A stretch of 64,000 nucleotides of DNA from the human T2T-CHM13v2.0 reference genome, Homo sapiens. The translations under genes and the position numbers were made by a program. Below the pieces are notes generated by a model. The model worked only from the letters and a program-made list of their open reading frames with translations, made no database searches and had not been told where the DNA came from. Where the stretch lies: the NCBI RefSeq assembly GCF_009914755.1, contig NC_060939.1. One strand, given 5' to 3'. This document shows, piece by piece, positions 45,560 to 62,479 of the stretch; position 1 is the stretch's first letter, and each line of letters starts with the position of its first letter.

Positions 45560-48350
45560 TGATGCTTGCCTTTTCGCTTTCCTAAAGATGTCATTTGAAA
45601 ACAAGTCTTCTGTTTTGATAAAGTTAAATTAATCCATTTCAATTTTATAGTAATGCTTTTTGTGTTCTAAGAAATCTTTACCTACCCCCAAGGTCATGAA
45701 GCCTATATAAATCTCTGTTAATATAATTGTATTATAATTCTCTGTTCCATTCACTTGATCTGTGTCTATCTCTTAGTCAATAGCAAACTGTCTTAATTAC
45801 TATAGTTTAGATTATGGTAGGCCTTAATATCAGGTTGAGTGATACTTCTACTTTGCTTTTCCCTTTCAGGATTTTTTTAGCTATTCTAGGCCCTACACTT
45901 TTCCACTGATTTTTAGAATAAATTTATCTTTGTCTCCAAAAAGCCTTGTTGAGATTTTCATAAGAATTGCTTTAACTTTATAGATTAATTTGGAAACGGT
46001 TGACATATATGCTATGTTGAGTTTTCTAATGTATGAACATGATGCGTCTCTCCATTTATTTAGGTCTTTTACTTCTTTCGTCAGCATCTTAAATAATTTT
46101 CAGCATATATATCATTAAACGTTTTCCTAAGTTTATATCAAAATATTTCACTTTTTTGTGTGCTTGTAAATGATACTGTGTTTTAAAATTTCAATTTCCA
46201 TGTGTTCATTGTTAGCATCTGGGAATGTTACTGATTTTCATATTTCGACTGTATATCTTACAGCCTTGCTGAACTGGCATATTAGTTCTAGGAGTATTTT
46301 TTGTAGATGCCTTGGGATTTTCTGCATAGAAAATCATGTCATGCTGTCTGCTAAGGAATAGTTTTATTTCTTCCCTTCCAATCTGTATGCCTTTATTTCT
46401 TTTTCTTGCCTTATAGCAGTGGTTAGGACTTTGAGTACTATGCTGACTAAGGTTGTGAAAATAGACATCCTTGCCTTGTTCCAATCTCTTTTTTTTTTTT
46501 GAGATGGAGTCTTACTCTGTCGCCCAGGCTGGAGTGCAGTGGCATGATCTCGGCTCACTCTGCCTCCTGGGTTCACACCATTCTCCTGCCTCAGCCTCCC
46601 AAGTAGCTGGGACTACAGGCGCCCACAACCACGCCTGGCTAAATTTTTTTTTTTTTAGTAGAGACAGGGTTTTACTGTATTAGTCAAGATGATCTCGATC
46701 TCCTGACCTCGTGATCTGCTCACCTCAGCCTCCCAAAGTGCTGGGATTACAGGCATGAGCCACCGCACCCAGCTGCCTTGTTCCCAGTCTTAAAGGGAAA
46801 ACACTCAGTGTTTCACTGTTAAGTATAATGTGTTAACTATAATAATACATATAATGTGTTAAGTGTAATATAATTTTAATCTGTTAAGTATAATGTGTTA
46901 ACCCTACTGATAAGCAGGGGTTTTTGGTATGTTCTCTTTATTAAATTAAGGAAGATTTCCTCTCTATGTAGTTTGCTGAGAGTTTTAATCAAGGAAAAGT
47001 GTTCTATTTTGTTAAATGCTGCTTCTGAGTCCATTGATATGATCATATGGTTTTTCTTTTGCCTGTTGATATGGTGGGTGATACTGATTATCAAATATTG
47101 AACTAGCCTCACACTCCTGGAATAACTCCCACTTGATCATGATGTGTAATTCTTTTTGTACATTTCTTTAATTTGTTAATACTTTGTTGAAGATTTTAAA
47201 ATCTTTGTTCATGAAAGATACTGGTCTGTAATTTTCTGTTTTTGTATTATCCTTGTCTGGTTCTGGATTCAGGATAATAATGGCCTTATTAAATGAGTTA
47301 GGAAGTGTTCTTCTTCTTCTGCTTTTTCCTGAAGAAATTGTGTAAAACTTTTCAAAAATTTATCTTTTTACTCTTTGTTAGAATTCTCCAGTGAAACTAT
47401 CTGGGCAGGGAAGTTTGTATTCTTTTTTAAATTATAAATTCAATTTATTTAATGGTTGTAGGACTATTCAGGTTGTCTATTTCATCTCAGTTGAGTTTTG
47501 GTAGTTTGTAGTTTTCTAGACACTGGTCTGTTTCTTTGAAGTTGTCAGATTTATTAGTATAAAGTTGTCCCTGGTATTCCTATACATCTTTTTAATGGCT
47601 GTAGGATCTGTGGTGATATCACCTCCTTCATTTTTAATATTAATTCGTGTGTTCTCTCTTTTTGTCAGTCTTGGTCAAGATTTATCAGTTTTATTGTTAT
47701 TCATAATCCTAGTGATTGATTTCATTGGTTTCTCCTCTTTATTATTTACTATTCTTCTGCTTGCTTTGGGCTTATTTTGTCCTTTTTTTAGGTTTTTAAA
47801 AGCTAAAAGAGGACATTTATAGCACTAAGTACTTACACTAGAAAAGAGGAAAAGTCTCAAATCAATAATCTAGGCTTCTTTGTAATGTAAGCATTTAGTA
47901 CTATAAATTTCCCTCAGCACTACTGTCTCTAGCTGTGTACCAAAATCTTTGATTTTTGAATCGTATTTTCATCTTCTTTCAGTTTGTGTATGTTTTAAGT
48001 TCCTTTGAGATTTCCTTTTTGACCTATGGAAGTGTGGTCATTTGATCCATGGGTCAAAGAACTGTGGTGTTTAATTTCTATGTGTTTGAAGATTTTCCTC
48101 TTGTCTTTTTGTTATTGGTTTCTAGTTTGATTCTATTATAGTCAAAGAACATACTCTATGATTTTTCCTTGCTTTAAACTTAAATTGTTCTTCATTCTGT
48201 AGTTTCCTGGTAGAAATATGAGTTATTGATTTTAGACCTTTCTTTTCTAGTATGTGTGTTTAGTACTGTAAGTTTTCCTTTAAGTACTGCTTTGGCTGCA
48301 TCCTATTACTTTTTGATGACTAGTATTTTATTTTCATTTAGTTGAAAAAA
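45560..48350 (-). mobile_element. Old L1M ORF2 fragments; continue at 54268-54740 after the L1PA
   Basis: ORF-track peptides KKNHMIISMDSEAAFNKI and EVKDLNKWRD are L1 ORF2-like. Confidence 0.85.
46489..46774 (-). mobile_element. AluY/Sc
   Basis: Antisense Alu; TSD gccttgttcc. Confidence 0.9.
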
Positions 48351-48569
48351 AATTTTTTATACTGTAAGTTCTAGGGTACATGTGCACAACGTGCAGGTTT
48401 GTTACATATGTATACATGTGCCATGTTGGTGTGCTGCACTCATTAACTCATTATTTACATTAGGTATATACCTAATGTACTCCTAATGCTATCCCTCCCA
48501 CTTCCCCCCACCCCACAACAGGCCCTGGTGTGTGATGTTCCCCTTCCTGTGTCCATGTGTTCTCATTGT

Positions 48570-52382
<3,813 letters not shown>

Positions 52383-52445
52383 TATGATGTTAACTGGTTA
52401 TTTTGCTTGTTAGTTGATGCAGTTTCTTCCTAGCATCTATGGTCT

Positions 52446-53460
52446 TTACAATTTGCCATGTTTCTGCAGTGGCTGGTACCAGTTGTTCCTGTCCATGTTT
52501 AGTGCTTCCTTCAGGAGCTCTTGTAGGGCAGGCCTGGTGGTGACAAAATCTCTCAGCATTTGCTTGTCTGTAAAGGATTTTATTTCTCCTTCACTTATGA
52601 AGCTTAATTTGGCTGGATATGAAATTCTAGATTGAAAATTCTTTTCTTTAAGAATGTTGACTGTTGGTCCCCACTCTCTTCTGGCTTGTAGAGTTTCTGC
52701 TGAGATCCGCTGTTCGTCTGATGGGCTTTCCTTTGTGGGTAACCCGACCTTTCTGTCTGGCTGCCCTTAACATTTTTCCCTTCATTTCAACTTTGGTGAA
52801 TCTGATAATTATGTATCTTGGAGTTGCTCTTCTCGAGGAGTATCTTTGTGGTGTTCTCTGTATTTCCTGAATTTGAATGTTGGCCTGCCTTGCTTGGTTG
52901 GGGAATTTCTCCTGGATAATATCCTGCAGAGTGTTTTTCAGCTTGGTTCCATTCTCCCCATCACTTTCAAGTATACCAATCAGACGTAGATTTGGTCTTT
53001 TCACATAGTCCCATATTTCTTGGAGGCTTTGTTTGTTTCTTTTTACTCTTTTTTCTCTTAACTTCTCTTCTCACTTCATTTCATTCATTTGATCTTCAAT
53101 CACTGATACCCTTTCTTCCAGTTGATCAAATCGGCTACTGAAGCTTGTGCATTTGTCATGTAGTTCTCGCGCCATGTTTTTCAGCTCCATCAGGTCATTT
53201 AAGGACTTCTCTATATTGGTTATTCTAGTTAGCCATTCATCTAATCTTTTTTCAGGGTTTTTAGCTTCTTTGCGATGGGTTCGAACTTCCTCCTTTAGCT
53301 TGGAGAAGTTTGATCTTCTGAAGCCTTCTTCTCTCAACTCGTCAAAGTCATTCTCCATCCAGCTTTGTTCCGTTGCTGGCGAGGAGCTGTGTTCCTTTGG
53401 AGGGGGAGAGGTGCTCTGATTTTTAGAGTTTTCAGCTTTTCTGCTCTGTTTTTTCCCCAT
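52446..53460 (-). pseudogene. L1 ORF1 (disrupted)
   Basis: MGKKQSRKAENSKNQS... start; premature stop at 53071 and frameshifts. Confidence 0.9.
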
Positions 53461-55299
53461 CTTTGTGGTTTTATCTACCTTTGGTCTTTGATGATGGTGA
53501 CTTACAGATGGGGTTTTGGTGTGGATGTCCTTTCTGTTTGTTAGTTTTCTTCTAACAGTCAGGACCCTTAGCTGCCAGTCTGTTGGAGTTTGCTGGAGGT
53601 CCACTGCAGACCCTGTTTGCCTGGGTATCAGCAGCAGAGGCTGCAGAACAGCAAATATTGCTGAACAGCAAATGTTGCTGCCTGATTGTTCCTCTGGAAG
53701 CTTCATCTCAGAGGGGTACCCAGCTGTGTGAGGTGTCAGTCTGCCCCTACTGGAGGGTGCCTCCCAGTTAGGCTACTCAGGGGTCAGGGACCCACTTGAG
53801 GGGGCAGTCTGTCCGTTCTCAGATCTCAAACTCCGTGCTGGGAGATCCACTACTCACTTCAAAGCTGTCAGACAGGGACATTTAAGTCTGCAGAGGTTTC
53901 TGCTGCCTTTTGTTTGGCTATGCCCTGCCCCGAGAGGTGGAGTCTACAGAGGTAGGCAGGCCTCCTTGAGCTGCGGTGGGCTCCACCCAGTTCGAGCTTC
54001 CTGGCTGCTTCGTTTACCTACTCAAGCCTCAGCAATGGTGGGTGCCCCTCCCCCAGCCTCACTGCCACCTTGCAGATGGATCTCAGACTGCTGTGCTAGC
54101 AATGAGCGAGGCTCCGTGGGCATGGGACCCTCCCAGCCAGGCATGGGATATAATCTTCTGGTGTGCCGTTTGCTCAGTTGGAAATGCAGAAATCACCCAT
54201 CTTCTGCATCTCTCACACTGGGAGCTGTAGACTGGAGCTGTTCCTATTCGGCCATCTTGGAACCGCCGAAAATTTGTTTTATTTCTCTTCAGATTTCTTC
54301 TTTCACCTAGATATTTAGAATTAAGTTGTTTAATTTCGAAATATTTAGGAATTTTCCAGCTATCTTTTATTGATTTCTAGTTTAATTCCATTGTAGTTTG
54401 AGAACATAATTTGTCTGATATCTTTTAAATTTTTTAAGGTGTGGTTTTATGCCCAGATTTTGTAAACATTCTCATTTAAGTGTTCCTACCAGTTTATGGC
54501 TCTAGCAGCTCTGTCCAGGTGGGCAAATCTCAGCTGTGACTTGGTATATGGTCCATGGGCAACGTAGATTCTGCTGCTGTTGGATAGTGTTCTGTATATG
54601 TCAGATTTTTAATTTGTTGTGTTATTCAGTTTTTCTATACTTATACTAATTTTCTATCTAGTATATCAGTTGCTGAGAGTAAGGTATTGAAGTCCCCAAT
54701 TCTATTTTTGGATTTATCTATTTCTCCTTTCATCTCTCTTATTTCTTAACAGCTTTATTGAGATAATTCACGTATCATACAATTTCACCCATTTAAAGTA
54801 TACAACTCAGTGTTTCTTAGTACATTCAGCGATATGCGCAACCCTCACCCTAATCCATTTCAGAACATTTTCTCACCCATACGGAAACCCTGAACATTTA
54901 GCTCTTGCCCCTGTCCCTCTGTCCCCATCATACCTAGCCCTAGGCTTATCTACTTTCTGTCTCTGTAGATTTTCCTGTCTCTGGCCTTTGGCTTGGGGGC
55001 ATGGGCTTTACTTGGAGCCAATTGCATCTGTGCCTGTTACTGATTCTGGATTGGAGGCTTCTACAGCATCCTATTTAAGATATAGAGGGCAATAAGGTAC
55101 CCAGGGAACGTGCCAGCACTGCGTTGTTCCTCAAGTCCCACTGTCCCTAGGCTGTCTGCCTTGGTTCTCCCTTTCAAAGCTTGCCTGTGCTTATTTGTTG
55201 TATTTTGTCCAGAGTGTTTCAGGTGGAGGGGGGAAGACCTGGGAAGAATGGGGCCTACCCCATCTTGGCAGAACCAGAAGTTCCACCTAAATATATTTT

Positions 55300-56660
55300 C
55301 CCCCAAAATCCAGAGGGATCCACCAAGTGTGTGTCTGTTTCTCTGTAGTGGGCAGTTCTGGATACAACTCTTCTTTTCCATTTGAAACTGCACTGATGTA
55401 GTAGGCATATGAACTCTTGCAGGATTTTTCTCTCTCACCTCTGATAATCGTATATCTATGAAGGCATCAAGGGTGCTTGCTACTTCCAGTTTGTATTCCC
55501 CCTTGCAAATACATTTAGGCTTAGGGAAGAAAAAGACTTCTTGGCCCTCCTGGAGATTTTCAGGAGGTGGCTGAGCAGGGTCCGCCACCCTGGGTCCTCT
55601 CTGCATTCCCATTTATCCTCCCTCTAGAATCTGCAAGGGGAGTCTAGCATAGCTGTCTCATTAGCTGTTGGCCTGCAATGAGTCAAGGCTTCTGTTAACC
55701 ATTCCCAGGTGCTTAATGTATCATATTCTGAGGTATAGGTGAAGTACCCCTGTTGGCCTGATCCAATCTTACATTCATTCTTGCTGGCCAATGTACTTAG
55801 AATCCGTTTCCATGCGTGCCCTCCAGGTTCCTGCTAATATAATTTGACAAGATCCTGCAACTCCATCAGCGTGTATGTGATTTCCTCCAGGAGTAGACCT
55901 TTCAATGATCTCTGGATCATGCTAGGATTTTACCCTTTTTGGCCCTAGAGGCGATGAGTATTGATGGTGGTGGGTCCTGAAAAGTTTTTAGGTAACCACC
56001 CCAGGGGAAGCCATTGAAACATTTTTACCCAAGGGAATGCTAGTTTTCGTAGAAGGTGGAAAGGTCTGTTTCTGATATGAAGAAATGTTTAGAGATGCTA
56101 GGGAGTCAAGGCTCTTAGATTTGTGCCTGTCTAGAGGCTCCCATATCAAGTCTCAAGTTCCCACTCTTTCTCAACAGCACCTTTTACCTTAGCATAAGAG
56201 ACTTAGCATAAATATATCTTTATCTGGCATGTGATCCTGAAACCTCTACATTTAGCCTCAGCCATGTCCCTTGCAGCTTCATAAAATAAGGATTCACTTA
56301 AGGCCACCATAAAAACTTTCTGATTCTCTGTCCATGCCTTGAGTTGAGATCTCAAGGCACTAAGCTTATTGTTTTCGTTTCAGAATCTCTTCAGCACAGT
56401 CAAAAGAAGCCATCTCACCCCACAAACTTGGAATCACCGTGATGCCATAGCAGTCAAGTGCCACAGCCACTTGCTTTCCCAATGCCTTTCCCTCCTGTTA
56501 CCTTCTGTTCCAGTGATATTTGAGTAACCATGATGCCACCACATGCTACAGATTAGCAGGGTCCCACTTCTCTCTAGTAAGAAAGCCATTCGTGTACTCG
56601 CCAGCCCAACCTCAGAATCTCACTTGGATGAGCTGCTTCGTTGGGCCACTTCTCATAACA
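55300..56660 (-). mobile_element. Degenerate ERVL-class internal (gag-region) sequence adjoining an LTR
   Basis: Recalled similarity to ERVL internal sequence; directly abuts the LTR33-like element. Confidence 0.5.
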
Positions 56661-56665
56661 CATAC

Positions 56666-57133
56666 TGTATTCATCAGGGCTGGAAAACAAAATGCACATT
56701 TGGCTGAGACTTTGAAGAGAAATTAATGAAGAAGGACAATTGGCTGAAGTTTGGGCAGGGTGGAGAGCACTCAGAAGGATATTGAGGCACGCAGGGACTC
56801 ACAGCAGTAGGAAGCCCTTACCATGCTTAATCCTTGGGCCTGAAGGGCAAAGGGAGCTCTCTCTGGAGCCTGGCGAGAACCAGAGGTAGCAAAGGGGGCC
56901 TGCCTGATAGGAGCTCCAGTCCCAGAGGTAGAGAGGGAGTGGGGTGGAAATACTCAACCTTCCTTCCTGCCCTTCAGCCCCCTGCTGGTGCCCCCTGCTG
57001 GTGCCTCTCGCTGGCCTAACCAGAAGCTAGAGTTGAGGCAACTTTGCTGGTAAAGTCTACAGAGGTCCCCTTCCTGGGCCACAGGGAAAGGCGGACTGTG
57101 TTGGGGGTGAGGAAATAGAAAACAATCAGCACA
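56666..57133 (-). mobile_element. LTR33-like ERVL LTR
   Basis: TG...CA ends; tgggcctgaagggcaaaggg and ctgctggtgcctc motifs. Confidence 0.6.
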
Positions 57134-57714
57134 GGGGGTCTTGTGGAAACAACAAGAGAGTCTTCTCCCTCTACCAGAGGATAGCACTTCTGGCAGGAAA
57201 ACAAGGCATTTAATAGCTAGAGCTGTCCAGAGTGGGTCAGAGGCCCCCTGGGGCTCATGACTCACGCACAAAGGTGCCCAAACCTCTGATATGTGGGAAG
57301 ACCTTTGAACTGTATTATTCAGATTCTGAAATGACCTCTACGAGCAACCTATGTGTATGCGTACATTTGTAGGATAAATTCCTTAAAATTATGTTGTTTA
57401 AGCTCTGTGGTATATATGTGTTCTGGCTAAATTGGAGACATTTTCTGTTACATGATTTTTATAATGGACTTCAATTCTGTGATTGCGTTGTTGGTTCTAG
57501 AAAGCAGAGTTCGAAACGTAATGTGGAAAAGGCATTTTTTTTTTTTTTTTTTCTTAGTTTCTACTTTAGGGATAATATATCTTCTGAACGCTGCTATTAA
57601 AATGAACATTCAAAAAATAAATAAATAAAATGAACATTCACATGTACATACTTCACCTGATTCCAGTGCTCAGTTTGAAAAGGAAATTTAAATTTCTATT
57701 ATGCAGTTTGTTGA

Positions 57715-57894
<180 letters not shown>

Positions 57895-58774
57895 TAAACA
57901 CTCAAGAACCTCAGGAGCGCTGCCAGCTTGACACTGGGGAATCCAGCCAGTCCAGCACACTCTTCCATCCTGTCCTGTCCAATGCGGGGGCACTGCAGAA
58001 CTCTCTAGAAATGTCATGATTGAGCTTCAGAGCTAAAATGCCTTCACCCTTCCCCCAAGTTGGAATATATCCTCCCCCAAATTAAGGACCCATTTGTCTT
58101 CTGTGTTTTTCCTTTTTATGTGAGTGTGTCTTTTACAGAAACCATTTAGATTGATGGGCCTCCCCAAATCTAATTTAAAGCAAGTTTCCGGTCCTTGGAG
58201 AACAGTGACTTGATCATCTAGCCAGATTCCCTTTTGAACACACATACCTTCAGTGATGCTTCCTCTCCTCTCCCCTCCCTTGCTTTCCCCAGAGAGTTAT
58301 TTCCCTGAGACCATGTTCTCCACAGTGTCTCCAGTGGAAACTTGTCAGTTTTTGAGGAGTTTCAGCAAACCCCGTGGCCTCAATGGTCTTGAGTAGCAGG
58401 GTGGGGCGCCTGAGTTGGCAGCAAAGTGAGGCTCCCATGGAGGCTCAGTGAGGGTCCCAGAGCACACACCCTCTGGAAAGTTCCAGCCTTGTTTATACGT
58501 TCTACAGTGTAGCAACAGACTTTTGTGAGGGATTTTAAAAACAAAAATGTAGATTGTAATGAAATACACTTCCTGTTTTTTAAAAGTGTTTGCAGAAAAA
58601 TGATTTTTGAAGTTTTTAAATTTCCTGATAAGATTTTTTTTATATGAGAAGAATTTGAGGAATATTTGAAGCTTTACAAGATCTGATTTTTTTCTTTCTC
58701 AATATAAAGTTTCCATACAATGAGAAAGGGGGAGAAAACACACATTGAAATAAGACCTCCGTGTTCTTTTTTGA

Positions 58775-59151
<377 letters not shown>

Positions 59152-61294
59152 CACTACTGGTTTTTAACAGGATGATTCAAAGTACAGCCCGTGCACATTT
59201 ACTTCGTCACCTGGTGCACCACACTGTCTTCATGTTGGCCCTCGTTTCTTGTATACTTAGCTTACTGCCCAGATGCAACTGAGAAAATACAGGAAAAGCA
59301 GGTCCAAATTCAGCCTTCGACTTCTGCAAAAGTCCATAAACAGAAAGTCTGTGAGCCTCCACCCTGCCAGAAAGAACTCTTCATGAAGAAGTCACGTATT
59401 TGCTCTTCCTTTCAAAGGATGGCATTTTAATGTTGCTTTGCTGCCAGATGTTCATCTGCTTGCTGTGAAGTGATTCTTTTTTTAAAATGTTTTTTAATGA
59501 TGTAAGTTTTCTAAAAGGCAGGGCTGAATGGAGAACCAAGAATTTGCTTGGTAGAAAAATTATTTTTTTTTAATTTCAGACTTATCAAAAATTTGGTTGA
59601 GGGAATTTTTATTAGCTGCCCTGACTTTATAATGCTACGCTCTTAACAGTGCCAAAAATCCTACATAGTTACTGACAAATGTGTGATCTTTTTACAGTCA
59701 CAACACCTGCTGCCCGGAAAGCACACCGTCCACGTAGAATGGAGAAGGCAGAAAGTTACCGTGTGTTCCCACTGTATCTGCACTGTTCTTACTTCCTCTT
59801 GTCCCTTTTCATATCTTGGTCTATTCAGCCTTAACATTTCAAAGGCTTATAGTAAAATAGGAACTGAAGATCTGTATCAAAATGTAACACTTTCATCCTT
59901 TGGAATAATTGAAGTTTAACATAACCTCTACATGTATATAAGTTAGCTGGTGAAAATGTGGCATGAAACTTCACAATTGTGCTTCAGGCCTAAGTGACTG
60001 CTACCTATGATTTAAGTGACAGTAAATGTCTTGCTACATTTTTCTATTTCATCCTCTACAATCATATGTCATGGAATGGAGCTATGAAATGTGCTAACTT
60101 GGTATTCAGGATTCTCATTGTGATAAGGTGATACATTAGTTTTACCTTGTTTGAAATTTTACAAAAATGCTTACAATCCAGGCATTCTTTCTCTACCTAT
60201 TATGAACTACGGTGTGTTAAACAACAGCAGTGGGCTGGGCAGACAACCTTTGGGCAGTCTCAACCTTAATCCTTGGGTACAGCACCTGAACTTAATTGAT
60301 GAGAAGTGGAACTTAAGTGGTTTCCCTGGTGCTGTTCATTATGGAAATTTTATGCTGGATTTATCGATGTCATTCTTAATCTTTTGATACTATAAAGGAG
60401 TCTTACCAACTGGAGAAAATTTGCCTACATGCTATATATTTGAATTGTGTCCAAAGCTTTGCAGAAAAGCAAATCTGAAGTTATTATATATGTTGTTTTC
60501 TTGAGCAACAGTTACACTAGGTAGAAAAGTATTCACACAATAATAGTAATGCAAAAAAAGTGAGCTACTTGGAAAGTATCATCTCTGTTCAGGTAAGTTT
60601 ACTTCAGTGAACTCTTGTGTGGTTAGCGATAAGTTTTAAAGTCCAGGATAGCCTCATGAGCATAGGCCTTCCTATGAAGTAGTGCAAAGGGGGCCGATTT
60701 TAGTGGATTACCCTATCAGTGTTCTTCAGTATGTCCAATTGTTATCATACCAAAAACCTTAATTACATAACATTGTGTGGATGAAATGCTGCATCTTCAG
60801 TTAATACATGTTTTGAGCACATTCTTAAAATACATAATAATTAAATGATCCCTATTCAAAAGAACCCTGGCTTGGGTGGAGGATCCACTCTGGCTAACGG
60901 ATAAGAGTGATGAACTTCTTTGTTACCTGACCCTTCTCTTCTGGAAAAGTGAGGTGTACATTAAACATCTTTTGGTCACCGTGCCTCACTAAGACCTTTC
61001 ACATTCCAGCTTGTCCGACTAGTGTAATGTACCTCTCACTTCTGTTTTACGTTGAGCATTACGAATTAAAATCTTTACAGTCTAGGGGGAAAAAAAGGCT
61101 TCAATACCAGTTGGCTTATGAGGCTCTGCATATAATTTTCTCTAAAATATGTAACTATTTTGTAGTCTGTGGGGACTTTCAAAGCCAATTTTTAAAATTA
61201 GTAGTAGTAAAGGTTTTTCCCTTTCCTGAATGAAAAATCAGAAATTCTAATCTTTGCTATAAAGTACTTAAACACAATACATTGCCTCAGCATA

Positions 61295-61300
61295 AATAAA
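61295..61300 (+). terminator. Candidate polyadenylation signal AATAAA
   Basis: Canonical hexamer in the putative 3' UTR, followed by U-rich sequence. Confidence 0.45.
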
Positions 61301-61634
61301 AACATTTTTATTAAGATGATTTATGAACATGGATTTCTAACTGGACCAACACTAATGTTGCAACCTGATAAAATTTGAGATGTAAATTCATTTCACAGAC
61401 TCATAAACACACTCTCTTTAAGACTCTTCTTTAAATGGATCCTTACATTACCCTGCCTGTTTTATTATGCCTTCATTTTTGTGGTTTTCATTCACTCCTG
61501 CTTGCTTCTATTGAGGTTCTCCTACATTTCCCAGAAACTCAGTGAATATCTTGCCTTTTCTTCAAACAAAGGGGGTTTTTATAAAGTTTGTATTTTTGAA
61601 ACTAGCTCTATGTCTATCTAAAAATCAAGTCTCG

Positions 61635-61929
<295 letters not shown>

Positions 61930-62479
61930 TCACTGTGCCTACAGTGAGGAGCTACCTCCTTGTGTCATCAGCTAATAGATCTGAAAGTGATGCCGGTGTC
62001 TCTAGGAAAGGAATTGATCATAGCCAAGTGACTGACATTCTCTCGGTCAGGAAAAGAGCTTGCTTCACAGCCTTTGAAGTATGACTGTATGTGTGGTCCC
62101 CTTGTACTTTGGAGACAGAAGGTACTGGCAGCGAGTGTGGTGGATGGGCAGAAGGTGTAGCATTCGGAGATTATTTCTGTATGTAATTAAGAGACTTTCA
62201 AGGGTTAGCCAGACTTTTTTCCACTCAAGTGTGGATTATCTTTGCTACCTGTGTTAAAGAATATCAGGTTTTGTTTCTTATTGTGATTTTTGAGTCTAAA
62301 TGATCCAAGATTTTTAAAATAGATACATAATGAAATCCAGGCCTCTGAAAAATTATGGCAACATTCATTTGGAGTGTGGCTAAAAACTCATACTTTATCC
62401 AATTTGGTTGCCTCTCTCAGTTACTGCAGTTTATAGAATAATTGAGCTTGAACCATGTGAATGCTCAGAATGTCAATGG

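Noticed and set aside
55061-55612. 183-aa minus-strand ORF
   Set aside because: Spans an L1-like/ERVL-like junction; chance open frame with no coherent domain
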